Shown one piece after another: positions 19,012-32,513 of a DNA stretch of 64,000 nt. Both the position numbers and the translations under genes were made by a program. This DNA is from an uncultured Verrucomicrobiae bacterium (GTDB lineage: Bacteria; Verrucomicrobiota; Verrucomicrobiia; Limisphaerales; JAFGQR01), in contig CAWBHS010000080.1 of assembly GCA_963788655.1 (NCBI GenBank), forward strand, positions 1 to 64,000, read 5' to 3'. Below the pieces are notes generated by a model. The model had not been told where the DNA came from. It made no database searches and saw only the letters and a list, made by a program, of their open reading frames with translations. The first letter of the stretch is position 1; each line of letters begins with the position of its first letter.

Positions 19012-22000
19012 TTACGTCCATTCACACAAGCTCTGCACATAAGTCGCGGAGCCATCGCGGAGCCAGCCGTCCAACTGGGCCTGGTCTTTGAGTTGTTGGC
19101 CGCGCAGACGGGGGACCACGGCAAAGCGTGATTCGATTTCCGGCAGCGCCGTCATGTCCACCCACAGCTTTTCGAATTGCGTCACGGGGAACACGTCCTC
19201 CTGGCCGTGGCCCCAACGTTTCTTCACGTCTTTGATCGTGATGTACGTCGGCATCTTGGCGGCGAGCGTCCGAATGGCGGCAGTCACTTTGCCTTCGTTG
19301 GACAAGTCGTTTCGCGCCAGTTTGAAGGCAGCCAGTAACTGGTCGAGATCGATCCAGCACGTGTTCGAGTTGTAATAGCTCAGGCCGAACTCGACTTCCT
19401 CGCGAGGCATGGCCAGACCTTCCACCAGCCGCACCCGGCCATTGACGCGCGCCAGGCCGCCGCCGCGATCATCCAGTCGGCGCGTGATCACTTCGAACGT
19501 CAAACCCGCACCGCTGGCGATGTGTTGGCCCAGCAACGCGGGGTCCGCGTCCGCGCCCAGGGTGTCAATGTTATGCAGCATCAGGTATTTCAACTGCGGG
19601 CGCTCGGTGAGCAGTTGCGCCAGCACGCCATTGCGGAACAGGTTGGGCACTTCGTACCAGTGGCCGACCGGATGCAGACATTGGAGTGGCAGGTTGTCTG
19701 TGTAATCGCTCGCTGCACCCAGCGACTCCGCCCATTGGATCAGCGCGTGCCGGAGACTATCGCGGACCTTTTGTTGCTGCTCGTCGAGCATTTGTTGGGG
19801 CATTTCTTCCCAGGCAAACCGGAGATCGCGCCCCGTGGGCACCATGCGGAGCCCCACTGCCTTGCCCGGTGAAAGATGCAGCGGTCCTTCATAACCGTAA
19901 TTCTTTTGTTGCGCCAGGAATCGAGCGGTGGGCTCATGCGTAAGATAGCTGGTGGTGAAAATGTGCGGCAAGGTCGTCCCTGCCTTTTGGGAAATTCGCC
20001 GGCTCTTGGCCAGGTGTGTCTCAATAAACGTGCGATGGCGTCCGCCGAGTTTGCAAAAGGGGTGCAGCGCTTTGACAACCCCAGCGCCTTGCGTCCACCG
20101 ACTCCCCGCGCCTGCGGCCAAGGTAACTACGGCGACCTCGCCGTGACGCAAGGCGCTCCAGCCGCGTTCGATCAAGTCCGGCCGCAGGTCCGGCGAATCA
20201 GACATTACTTCGTTTTGCTGGGAGCGTTGATCCGTAGCCCCCGACGTGCGGAGGCGGACATTTTCGGCCCCCGTGCTGGACGAATTCGCCTCGTCCCCTC
20301 GGCGGCTACTCGGCTCCAATTTGCCCCGGGACGCGCTGATGACTTGCCCGACCAACTCCGTGGCATCGACGACATCTTCCGCGCGCACGTCTTCAATCAC
20401 GGCGCTGGCCGGCAGCCGGTTTTGCGACAAACCAATCCGTCCGTCCTTGAGATCGCGACGGATTTGTTCGTGCTGGGTGCGGTCAAAACCATGGTGTTCG
20501 AGCAACAGCTCGAGCGACTGTTCGTTGGCGGACTCGGCTTTGCCACGCGGCAACATCACGTCAAAGAGCGCCTGCACCATGCCGCTCAATTCCGGCTTGG
20601 TGCGGCAGGCGGCGCCGAACTTGTCCAACTCGGCGCGCCGCACCGGCGACAGGGCGTGCCGCTCCTGGCGCAGCAGCGCGGGCACCGTCAATGTGTAATA
20701 CCGGGGTGGCATCAACGCGGCTTCGCTCTCGAGCAGGTCGGCGAACGTGCCGTGTTCGTTGATGGCAAAATCGTAAACCACCGGTTCCATCGCGAATGGC
20801 AGCGCGTGCTGGAGATCGCTTTTGAGCGCTGACATGATCTCCTGCAAGCGCGTTTGCGCTTCGGTCTTGCGCGCCGGGTTGAAGATGAATCCCATGCCGC
20901 CACCGGACATCCCGCCCAGCATCCAAAAGCCCCAGAACGCTTCGCCAAAACTGCCCCGGACCTGCTCGATAAGCGTCTCCGTGAAGTAATTGCTGGCCCA
21001 GGGAATGATGGTTTGCAGTGGCTCAAAGAAATTCTTCGTCGTAGCCCGGCCAATCGCCCGCACGTCGCCGGCTCGCAAGGCCGCCAGGATTTCGTCGAGA
21101 ATGTCCCAGCATGCCCCGGCGCGCTTTCCATTCGGCTTCGCAGCGCAGCAGATATTTCTCGGTCACCATTTCGAGAATCGGCCCGACGTTTTGGGCCATG
21201 CCACCATGGACCAACACCAAGCTATCCTGCAGGGCGCGCCGGGTTTCAGGCGAAGCATCCGGTTGTTCGAGGATGCGATGCGTGGGCATGAGCCGTCCGC
21301 GACTGATGCCCCACTCGGGATCGCCCTCCTGGGCCAGGGCGCCTTCAATGAGTTTCATGCTGGGCCATACGCCGCCCGAATCCTGCCAGCCGCCGCCGGA
21401 ACCGCTCAGCCATTCACCCAAGAGAGCGCGCGCCAGCACCAGCCGCCGTTCCTCCTCGTGCAGCGGCCCGGCGAGGGATTGGGCCTGGCCCGTGGCCCGC
21501 ATGCAGACCGAGATCAACGCGGCCAGCAGGTTGGTGGAAACGGCCAGGCGCGAGCCCTTGGGGATGTCGTTGACACTGCTGACGATTTCCAACCCGCGTC
21601 CCGGTCCGACGATGCGCGCGAGCAATTCCGCCAGGCTTTGCCCGGAACCTTCGATACCTGGAGGCACAATGCCGGCAGCAATCACTGCTGCTTTGAGCAG
21701 GCCCAGGTAGTCCTTGGCGAAGTCAAACATTTCGGCGAGATGCGTGATGTCCGCCGTGCAATTCAAATCGACACTGACCAGGCGCAACAATGGTTCGTCG
21801 ATCACTCGCAAATACGCTTCGACCGGCGGGCGCGGAGCTTGGTCGCGGCCATGCACGCCCAAATCAATGGACACATTCAATACCTTCGCGCCTTCGGGAT
21901 AATCCATGCCGAGGAAGAAAATATCGCTCCAACCGCAGTGCGTGAGGTCCATGCGGACGGGCGTTCGTTCGCGCAGAATGGGATGTGTGCCATCGTCGGC

Positions 22001-22513
22001 CTGGCACAGTAACTCGGGCCGGATGCGCAATGGTTGATCGATGGGATGGCCCATGCGAAACATCCATTGGTTGCCCCGCACCGAACGCACACTGCGCCGC
22101 ACCTGGTCCGCGAGCGTCTGAAATGCGAGCCGTTGATAGGCCGCCGCCAGCGCGCTCGAAATGCCGTCGCTCGGACCCTGTTCCGCTTGCACGCTCAGGA
22201 AATGATCGATGGCCTCCTCGAAACGGCGTTGGAGGAGGTGTTCGTAGCCTTTGAACGGGATCAGCCCGGTCTGGTTGTCGGCCAAGGGCGTTTCGGCGAG
22301 CAGTCGCCCCGGAAGATGAAAGCGATGGAGCGCGTACAGGAAGAACAGCGCCCGGACCCGCTCGTAGAGGTTTTCACTGCGCCGGCGAAACGTGTCCAGT
22401 TCCGCCGCCTGGGCCATCAGTTCCCGGAGTGACGTTTCCTGGCAAAGCGCGTCGAGTGATTGATGGCGTGTCGCCGGGTCGGTGGCGGTGATGATGCTGG
22501 TTAGACTTTGCAT
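19012..22513 (-). CDS. GHMP-type sugar kinase / UTP-sugar-1-phosphate uridylyltransferase fusion (frameshift near 21100)
   Basis: [40 protein letters not shown] (GHMP); [37 protein letters not shown] (UDPGP). Confidence 0.85.
20234..20309. repeat. Family D palindromic element inside a CDS
   Basis: GTAGCCCCCGACGTGCGGAGGCGGA ... TTCGCCTCGTCCCCTCGGCGGCTAC, matching the intergenic copy at 25788-25857. Confidence 0.75.
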
Positions 22514-22684
22514 GTTATGCTGGGCGCCAAGGTCACAAAACCCGCGCCCGCCGTCAACAGCGCGTGATCTTGGTGGGGCAGAGGGGGTGAATGGCCGTCG
22601 CTGCCTCGTGCCGGCGCTTTTGCGCAGGTGGTTCAAATCCTGACGCAAACGGTTTCGTTCATTGCACGCCCTATGTCCACCGAC

Positions 22685-22788
22685 AGCGGGAGCAAGCTCC
22701 GCGCACTCCAAACGCTGGCGCGAGGTTTGACTGGGTCGGCGGAAATGGCGCGCGGGCGTTTGGAGTGCGCTCGGCTTGCCGGCGCTTT
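22685..22788. repeat. Family A doublet (opposite arrangement)
   Basis: AGCGGGAGCAAGCTCCGCGCACTCCAAACGC ... GCGTTTGGAGTGCGCTCGGCTTGCCGGCGCTTT. Confidence 0.8.
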
Positions 22789-22835
22789 CGCACACCCAAA
22801 GCAGCTTGGCCAAATTGGTGGACGGCCCTCTGGCC

Positions 22836-25442
<2,607 letters not shown>

Positions 25443-25578
25443 CGCCCGGAAAGGTAAACCGAAAGGGGGATCCGTTCGAAGTCAAAATTCGGACGGCAAA
25501 ATGATCGGGAAATCCGAAAGAAGCTCGTCAGGATATTTCTGCACCAGATCGCACCACGCAGAATTTGGAAAGCTACCT

Positions 25579-25651
25579 TTCACCGCAAAGACACGAAGGG
25601 CGCAAAGGTTTTCCGCCCCAGCCTTGGTGCCCTTCGTGTCTTGGCGGTGAA
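25579..25651. repeat. Long inverted repeat
   Basis: TTCACCGCAAAGACACGAAGGGCGCAAAGG ... CCTTGGTGCCCTTCGTGTCTTGGCGGTGAA. Confidence 0.7.
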
Positions 25652-25702
25652 CTGAGGCCTGCCAGATGCAGTGGCTGGTGCGACACCCTTGAGTTTCAGG
25701 TC

Positions 25703-25737
25703 TTTGGGCTTCGGGCTTCGGATTTCGGCGTTCGGAT
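25703..25737. repeat. Heptamer tandem array
   Basis: TTTGGGC TTCGGGC TTCGGAT TTCGGCG TTCGGAT. Confidence 0.65.
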
Positions 25738-25787
25738 TTGGCTTTTGATCTGGATATTTCGCACCGAGTTTAAAACACGGACCGCCT

Positions 25788-25857
25788 GTAGCCGCCGACG
25801 TAAGGAGGCGGAGCACTGGAAGAGGTGCCAGGTCCGCCTCTTTCCGTCGTCGGCTAC
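25788..25857. repeat. Family D palindromic element
   Basis: GTAGCCGCCGACGTAAGGAGGCGGA ... TCCGCCTCTTTCCGTCGTCGGCTAC. Confidence 0.8.
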
Positions 25858-25986
25858 AGCGAGTGTGAAATGTTCGGGTTGGCCCTCTGCCGCTCCTTTT
25901 CCGACAACAAAATCTTGGCCGCGAGGCTGGGGCAACATAAAGTCTCACCGACAGCCGTCTGACCTTGGCCTGCGTTAAGCGCCGCC

Positions 25987-26520
25987 ATGAATAACATTGT
26001 CTATTTTGATTTGGAAACGCAGAAGTCCGCCGACGAAGTGGGCGGGTGGAATCGTATTCGGGAAATGCGGATGAGCGTGGGGGTGACGTACAGCACCGCC
26101 CGTGGCGAATACCGGATTTATTCAGAAAAGCAGGTGGACGATCTGATTGGTGAGTTGCAACGGGCCGATCTGGTGGTGGGCTTCAACCACCTGCGTTTCG
26201 ATTACGAAGTGCTTCATTATTACACGGTTCTGGATTTGCGTCAGATTCCCGCCCTGGACATGCTGGTGGAATTGCAAAAGACCCTGCCCCATCGGTTGTC
26301 GCTCGATTCCATTGCCTCCGCCACCTTGGGGGTCGAAAAGACCGCCGAAGGATTGCAGGCGATCCGGTGGTTTCGGGAGGGGCGCCTGTTGGAAATTGCC
26401 GAGTATTGCTGTTTTGACGTCAAAATCACCCGGATGGTCCATGAATACGGTCGCGATCATCACCAGCTTCATTATACGGATCGCATGGGCCGCAAATTGG
26501 CGGTTTCCGTGGGTTGGTGA
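25987..26520 (+). CDS. RNase H-like (DEDD, RNase_H_2/YprB-like) exonuclease
   Basis: VYFDLETQ, VVGFNHLRFDY, YCCFDV. Confidence 0.85.
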   Translation: MNNIVYFDLETQKSADEVGGWNRIREMRMSVGVTYSTARGEYRIYSEKQVDDLIGELQRADLVVGFNHLRFDYEVLHYYTVLDLRQIPALDMLVELQKTLPHRLSLDSIASATLGVEKTAEGLQAIRWFREGRLLEIAEYCCFDVKITRMVHEYGRDHHQLHYTDRMGRKLAVSVGW

Positions 26521-26534
26521 AGGTCGAAGAAAAA

Positions 26535-26619
26535 TGGTGCCCGCGACAGGATTTGAACCTGTACCCGGTTACCGACTAGAACCTGAATCTAGCGCGTCTG
26601 CCAATTCCGCCACGCGGGC
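26535..26619 (-). tRNA. tRNA-Leu (CAG)
   Basis: GCCCGCGTGGCGGAATTGGCAGACGCGCTAGATTCAGGTTCTAGTCGGTAACCGGGTACAGGTTCAAATCCTGTCGCGGGCACCA; long variable arm, encoded CCA. Confidence 0.97.
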
Positions 26620-27089
26620 CCATTGCGACCGGTGCCCCGGCCGGAGCGGATGCTTTGAATCCGCCGGTTTCGGGGGCTAAATAAACACCAAACTCGGTCG
26701 GTGCAAGTAAAATCCTTAAAACTTACTTGAAATTGATTACCAATTGGGGTCAATTATGTCCAATCAACCGCAACGCGAGGGCAAGTCAATATTGTGCCTG
26801 CGTCGGTTGTCGCTGTTCCGGGGCTTCCAGGGTTGGCAGAAAACCGGAGGGCGGAAGTGTGTATGAAGATTTCCATGCTGGAGAAACGTAGCTCCCGCCG
26901 CTCGGTCGGAATCGGCAGCAGCGGCCCAATCGCTGGTGAGGGGCGTCTCCGATCTTGGGACAAAACCAATCCGCGAGGATTGGCTCGATGGGTGAACCGC
27001 ATCGCAACGTGGCACAAATGAAGCTGTTGAGTAAGAGTTACCTATTTGAGAAGTGCAACATTAGTAAACAGATAAACCGTAAGCGTCTT

Positions 27090-29150
27090 ATGCGAAGTGT
27101 CTTTTTTAAAACTGTGGCTTTGATCGTTACCGCGATCGGGCTGGCCGCCAGTCTGCCCTCTGCTTCCGCAGCAACGAGTGGGACCCGATCTTCTCGTGGG
27201 ACAAATCCTTGGCAATACAATGATTCCGGAGCGAACTTTGGAACCATCTGGAGAGCGACCGGATACAACGACACTGGTCCTGGCTGGAAGACTGGCACCG
27301 GAGGTGTTCGCTGGGTTCCGGCGAGATGGCGACGACCGCAACCGTTGGCTTAACGGAAACGCGGTCGCCGAGCGCAGGGCCCATCAACGCACCACCATGG
27401 CGCGCTATCTGACAGACGGCACAACGCAGATCACGACGTATTATTTCCGAACTCATTTCAATTTCCGGTGCAACCGCGCTTCGTGTTTTTGGTCGTGTTC
27501 CAACATGTTCTGATGACGGGGCCGTCATTGTACCTCAATGGTGTGGAGATGATCCGCTTGCACATGCATGACCGGCACGGTCACCCCCGCCAATTGGCTA
27601 ATAACGGCGCTGCGGTGGAAGTCAGCCGAGCGGGGGATGTCACCATCGCCCAACGATGGCGGTCTACTATGAGTATTTGCTAGGCTCGACGAATCTGCAT
27701 TTTGGCGACAATGTGCTGGCGGTCGAAGTGCATGAGCGTAAACGCGACGAGTTCGGACGTGGTCTTTGGCATGGCCTTGGGCTACCGGATCGTGACGCCG
27801 CCAACAATCACCACGCAACCGGTCAGCGTGGATATTGAACAAGAAATTCCTTTACCCTGAGCGTTGGGGCGACTGGCGAATATCCGTTGTACTACCAATG
27901 GCAAAAGGACGATGGGACGGGCACCTTTGTGGATGTGGCCGGCGCGGTCAACGCGACTTACTCGATTTCTCAGGCGCTGGCGTATCATGCCGGGCGTTAC
28001 CGGGTGATCGTTTCCAATGCCGGTGGCAGTGCCACCAGCGCGGTGGTCCGGGTGAACGTGGTCACCGACAGCAGCGGGACCGCGTATCGTTTCGGCCATC
28101 GCCGACCCGGTGTTTCCCCCTTATCTGGTCGTTGTCCGGTTCAACGAGAACGTCTCATTGGCAACCGCAACGAAGACAACCAACTATATTATTACCGAGA
28201 TGGCTACAGGCAATCGGTGACCGTAAGTAACGTTCAATTGGGGAGTGATTACCGCCCGTTTGAACACGGGCCCCTGGGATCCCACCAAGCAATAGAAGAT
28301 CACCATCAACAACGTGGCCGACAATTTCGCCGCTCACAACCTCATCGCTCCGGACACCAAAGTGGGCATGGCGTTCACCAGCATACAGCCGATCTTTGCC
28401 ATGAACAAAGAATGGTCCTTTTGGCAAGATGGTCCTCTATACATTTATCCCGGGTTGGAAGATTCGTGGAAAACCAATGGCTTGGACAGCAGTAATCCGG
28501 ATTTGCCCTATGATCCCAACACGGGGCACGGCGTTTTCTATTTTGAATACAACGGGCTTCCGAATTTGTGCAATGGCAACTTGGGGACGGTGATCGACAA
28601 CGGGCCGATGACCCACTATTTCACGACGCGTTTTACGGTGGGCACCGTCGATCCCCGGGCCTCGTTTGAACTCCACTCCGTCATCGATGATGGGGCCGTG
28701 TTTTATCTGAATGGCGACGAGATTGGCCGGTTCAATATGCCAGCGGGACCGGTCGATTATTGGACACCGGCGGCCACCAGCATCGGGGATGCCGAGTGTG
28801 TCACGAATGTCTTTGGAGTGACCAATCTGGTGTCCGGGGAAAACCTGTTGGCTGTCGAGTTGCACCAGATCAATCAAACCACCACCGATGATGTGTTCGG
28901 TGGGGAACTGGAGGCACGTTTGGTTACCTTCTACGATCTGACGAATGACCCGCCGCCCACGCTGAACTTGACGCCCAACCCCGGTGCGGCCAACGACATG
29001 GTCCTCTCGTGGACCGGTTCGGGTTTTGCGCTGGAATACGCCAACAAGGTCGAAGGACCATGGTTTGAAGCCCAGCCCATGGCGAATCCGTTTGCGACGG
29101 CTTCCACCAACGCAATGCAACGGTTCTGGCGCTTATCCTTGCCACAGTAA
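27090..29150 (+). CDS. Secreted protein with two jelly-roll/CBM-like modules, an Ig domain and a C-terminal beta module (many frameshifts)
   Basis: Signal peptide; repeated YFRTHF..DDG...YLNG.E..R..M..G.NVLAVEVH; YQWQKD..GRYRVIVSNAGGSATS (Ig); LSW..GFALE..RFWRL C-terminus. Confidence 0.7.
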
Positions 29151-29408
29151 CTGCTGGGATACGGTTGATTCTGCACGCAAGCGCGGCACTTCGCCGCGCT
29201 TGTTTGCTTTGGGTGGTGGCTGCGTGAGGATCACGCACTATGCGTGGAAATTTTTCGCAGTTGAAGGCGTAACTGGGCAAAATCCGTGTGTTATGTGGAC
29301 TTCTGTAGAAAAAGTTGCATGGCATTGCTGCTGCTTAAAGGTCTGGCAGACTTAGTCGCGCAAAGTAACAATTAATTCCGAACCCGTAATTAGGAACAAA
29401 CGCAGAAC

Positions 29409-30098
29409 ATGAAAAATAGATACCAACAAAAAAATCGGGCGTTCACTCTCATTGAGTTGCTCGTCGTTATCGCCATTATCGCCATTCTGGCGGGCTTGCT
29501 CTTGCCGGCCCTGGCCCGCGCCAAGGCCAAGGCGCAACGCATCAACTGCATCAGCAACCTCAAACAGGTTGGGCTGGCGCTTCGCATGTGGTCCAATGAC
29601 CACGATGATCGGTTTCCCTTCATGGTGGAGAATCGGCGCGGCGGCAATTTGCACAATGATCAAACGCTCGACATTGGTAACGTGGATGCCGTGGTGGACA
29701 TCTTCCGCAACATGTCCAACGAATTGAGTTCGCCCAAAATCCTGGCTTGCTCCAGCGATGGCAACGCCACCAAGGAAACCAGGTGGCCAGACCTCACTGG
29801 GGGCAATACCGGAGGAGATGTAAGCTACTTCTTGGGACTGAGAGCTGATGAATCCCAGCCGCAAACCATTCTCACCGGTGACCGGAATATCGATGGCGAT
29901 ACTTACCTCGGCAGTGGTGGCAAGTCGGTCACGTCTGGTGCCGACGTGCAATGGGGTGGCAACATTCACAACGACAACGGCAACCTCGGACTTTCCGACG
30001 GTAGTGCCCAGCAGGCGAGCCAGTCGGCGCTCGATCGGCAGGTTGAGGCGAACTTCTCCGTCATCGACCCGAATCCGATTTTGCTCAAAGGGCCATAA
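29409..30098 (+). CDS. Prepilin-type N-methylation / H-X9-DG domain protein
   Basis: [48 protein letters not shown]. Confidence 0.92.
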   Translation: MKNRYQQKNRAFTLIELLVVIAIIAILAGLLLPALARAKAKAQRINCISNLKQVGLALRMWSNDHDDRFPFMVENRRGGNLHNDQTLDIGNVDAVVDIFRNMSNELSSPKILACSSDGNATKETRWPDLTGGNTGGDVSYFLGLRADESQPQTILTGDRNIDGDTYLGSGGKSVTSGADVQWGGNIHNDNGNLGLSDGSAQQASQSALDRQVEANFSVIDPNPILLKGP

Positions 30099-30115
30099 TC
30101 GTCTGATTTGACAAA

Positions 30116-30150
30116 CAAAAGGCATCCCGGCAGTTCAGGGATGCCTTTTG
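30116..30150. terminator. Intrinsic terminator (possibly bidirectional)
   Basis: CAAAAGGCATCCC-loop-GGGATGCCTTTTG. Confidence 0.75.
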
Positions 30151-30292
30151 TTGCTTTCCGGATTCGGCAAGATTGGGGCTGGTCGAGTTGATGTGGACCG
30201 TTGATATAAATGCGTTTTCCCCATGCTTTTAGTGTAAAAAAACCGATTGACACCGAATCTTACGAACTGTTAAATTCCCTCTAGCATTGCTT

Positions 30293-31093
30293 ATGAAAAA
30301 TTTTCGCCCAAAAAATACCTCGACGGCATTCACCCTGATTGAACTTCTGGTCGTGATTGCTATTATTGCGATTCTGGCCGGTCTGCTGCTACCCGCCCTC
30401 GCCAGGGCCAAGGCCAAAGCCTTGCAGATTGCCTGCGTCAGCAACATGAAGCAAATCTCTCTGGCCTACAACTTATGGGTCAACGACAACGACAAGAATA
30501 ACCTCCCCTTCCGCGTCTGCTATGACGATGGGGGGCTCAAACTCACCGGATCCAACCCAACTTGCACTCCAAGTCAACAACCGCCCTGGGCGGGATTTCA
30601 GAACAACCTTTGGTTTCAGTATTCGTTTATCTCCAACGAGCTGGCGTCACCCAAGATTCTGGTGTGCCCCGCGGACAAAGCGAAAACGGCCGCATTCGAC
30701 TGGTCGCACAGTGCCGATGGCGGATTCTTGAATGGCGCGTTTAAAGGCAACGCAGTCAGCATCGTTCTGGCCCTGGATGGCGGGTACCTGAACGGCGCAT
30801 TGAATTGGGCGGCGGCCCAACAGCACATTCTCTTGGTGGATCGTAATATGTACACCGAAGGTGTTAATGCAGGCTGTTCTTCAGGCATAACCACGGCGAA
30901 CGGGCTCACTGCGCCACGCAAGGGCGGTAAAGCCATTTGGGAAAAAGGCATCCATGGTGAAGGCAACGGCAACGTTGCCAAGCTGGATGGGAGCGTAGAA
31001 AAAACTAGTAACTACGGTCTGAAGGATGCGCTGGACCTGGGTGATGAAAACGGTAACCTGCATTTCCTTTTCCCGCTGGGCAGTAAGAACTAA
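30293..31093 (+). CDS. Second prepilin-type N-methylation / H-X-DG protein
   Basis: [49 protein letters not shown]. Confidence 0.92.
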   Translation: MKNFRPKNTSTAFTLIELLVVIAIIAILAGLLLPALARAKAKALQIACVSNMKQISLAYNLWVNDNDKNNLPFRVCYDDGGLKLTGSNPTCTPSQQPPWAGFQNNLWFQYSFISNELASPKILVCPADKAKTAAFDWSHSADGGFLNGAFKGNAVSIVLALDGGYLNGALNWAAAQQHILLVDRNMYTEGVNAGCSSGITTANGLTAPRKGGKAIWEKGIHGEGNGNVAKLDGSVEKTSNYGLKDALDLGDENGNLHFLFPLGSKN

Positions 31094-31128
31094 GCTCTCA
31101 GACATCGCAAGCTTGACGCTTGCATGCG

Positions 31129-31167
31129 AACCTCGCCGTTTCCGAAGCGGTGAGGTTTTTCTTTTTT
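31129..31167 (+). terminator. Intrinsic terminator
   Basis: AACCTCGCCGTTT-CCG-AAGCGGTGAGGTT followed by TTTCTTTTTT. Confidence 0.75.
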
Positions 31168-31347
31168 CCGCGCGGTCAACCGGCGTCGATCAGCTTAAAA
31201 CCAGCAGCAGGACGTTACGGATTTCACGGATGCAAGGCCCTGGCCGCCCGAAGCCGCGTAAGCTGGCTTACCAAGCGTGCGACCAGGAAAGCGCTTGTCC
31301 ATCTGTGTAATCCGGGCAATCCGGGGTCCCAACTGGATCATTGGGGA

Positions 31348-32502
31348 TCAACCATCATGGACCGAGTCTTGGTTCGCGAACACGTAAACTTGCCGATCAG
31401 TCGCCGGCACGAACAGATTTCCCCGAGCATGGAATGAAGGCCGGGCCTGAATGGCTCGGGGCGCTTCAAAGATGGGTTGCCCCAATCCGTTCGGCTGAAT
31501 GCAGTGGATCATCCCCAGCGGATCGCCAATAAACACAACTCCACGGTTATCGCACACACCTCCCGCCAGCAAATACTCGCAGCCGGTGGCATAGCGGTAG
31601 CGTGTCGAACCATCGGGCGCCAAGGCATGAACGAAACCCGCCATGTCCGCCACCACAATGGTGCCGTCGTTCGCGACCGCCGGCGTGGCGCCAACCGCCG
31701 CGGAGAATTGGTATTTCCACATCAGTTTGGCGCTTGCTGCGGACCAAGCGTGAAGCGCTGCCTCCCGGTCACTGTTGACCACCAAGTAAACGATTTTCCG
31801 CCTCGCATCCCAAACCGGCGCCGCCGCCACCAGCAAACGATTGGCCGGCCGATGTTTCCCCGGCTGTTCGAAGAGGATCGTTTCCTTGCCTTCCGCACTG
31901 ATGCGGACGCACTGCACCCCCTGCGGCCAGACGGTGCGCACGCAATAAACCATTTCATCGTCATCCGCCATGGCACCAGCGGATGGAGAGATTCCAGCGT
32001 CCCAGGAATGTGTTACTTCCCCCGAGCGGGCATCCAGCAGATGGAACCGGCCACCCCAACTACTCAATACGACGGTCTTCTGCCGAGGTAGATACAGCAG
32101 ATCCGAAAGAATGCGCGCATCGCTTTTGGTGGGGATTTCTTTCTTCCAAACCACATTGCCATTGGCCGCGGCCAACGCATAAATCCAACCGGTGTGTGTC
32201 CCGACGAACAAGAGACCGCCGTCAGGATCAATCGCCGGGGTCGCAGAAATGCCTCCTGTCAATCGCTGCTCCCAGATACGCCGGCCATCATCAGTGAACG
32301 CCTCCACCCCGCCGGCCATGTCGGCGACATACGCGCGGCCCTGCGAATCAAAAACCACTGCCGCTTGGACCGCGCCTTGGGCTGGCAATCGCCGGAGAGG
32401 TTGGTGGCCCGGTTGCACTGCGCCGGCAAATAAGCCACGGCGGGAGTTCTCACCGCCACTGGTGGACCATCCGCGCTCAAATTGGGAGTTGGTGTCGGAC
32501 AT
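31348..32502 (-). CDS. PQQ-like (BamB-type) beta-propeller protein
   Basis: Repeats such as ISATPAID..LFVG..IYAL...G.VVW and VGATPAVANDG. Confidence 0.8.
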   Translation of the reverse strand: MSDTNSQFERGWSTSGGENSRRGLFAGAVQPGHQPLRRLPAQGAVQAAVVFDSQGRAYVADMAGGVEAFTDDGRRIWEQRLTGGISATPAIDPDGGLLFVGTHTGWIYALAAANGNVVWKKEIPTKSDARILSDLLYLPRQKTVVLSSWGGRFHLLDARSGEVTHSWDAGISPSAGAMADDDEMVYCVRTVWPQGVQCVRISAEGKETILFEQPGKHRPANRLLVAAAPVWDARRKIVYLVVNSDREAALHAWSAASAKLMWKYQFSAAVGATPAVANDGTIVVADMAGFVHALAPDGSTRYRYATGCEYLLAGGVCDNRGVVFIGDPLGMIHCIQPNGLGQPIFEAPRAIQARPSFHARGNLFVPATDRQVYVFANQDSVHDG

Positions 32503-32513
32503 GAATTCGGTGC

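Noticed and set aside
26535..26619. tRNA-Leu as an island integration site
   Set aside because: No integrase and no duplicated tRNA 3' end seen in the window.
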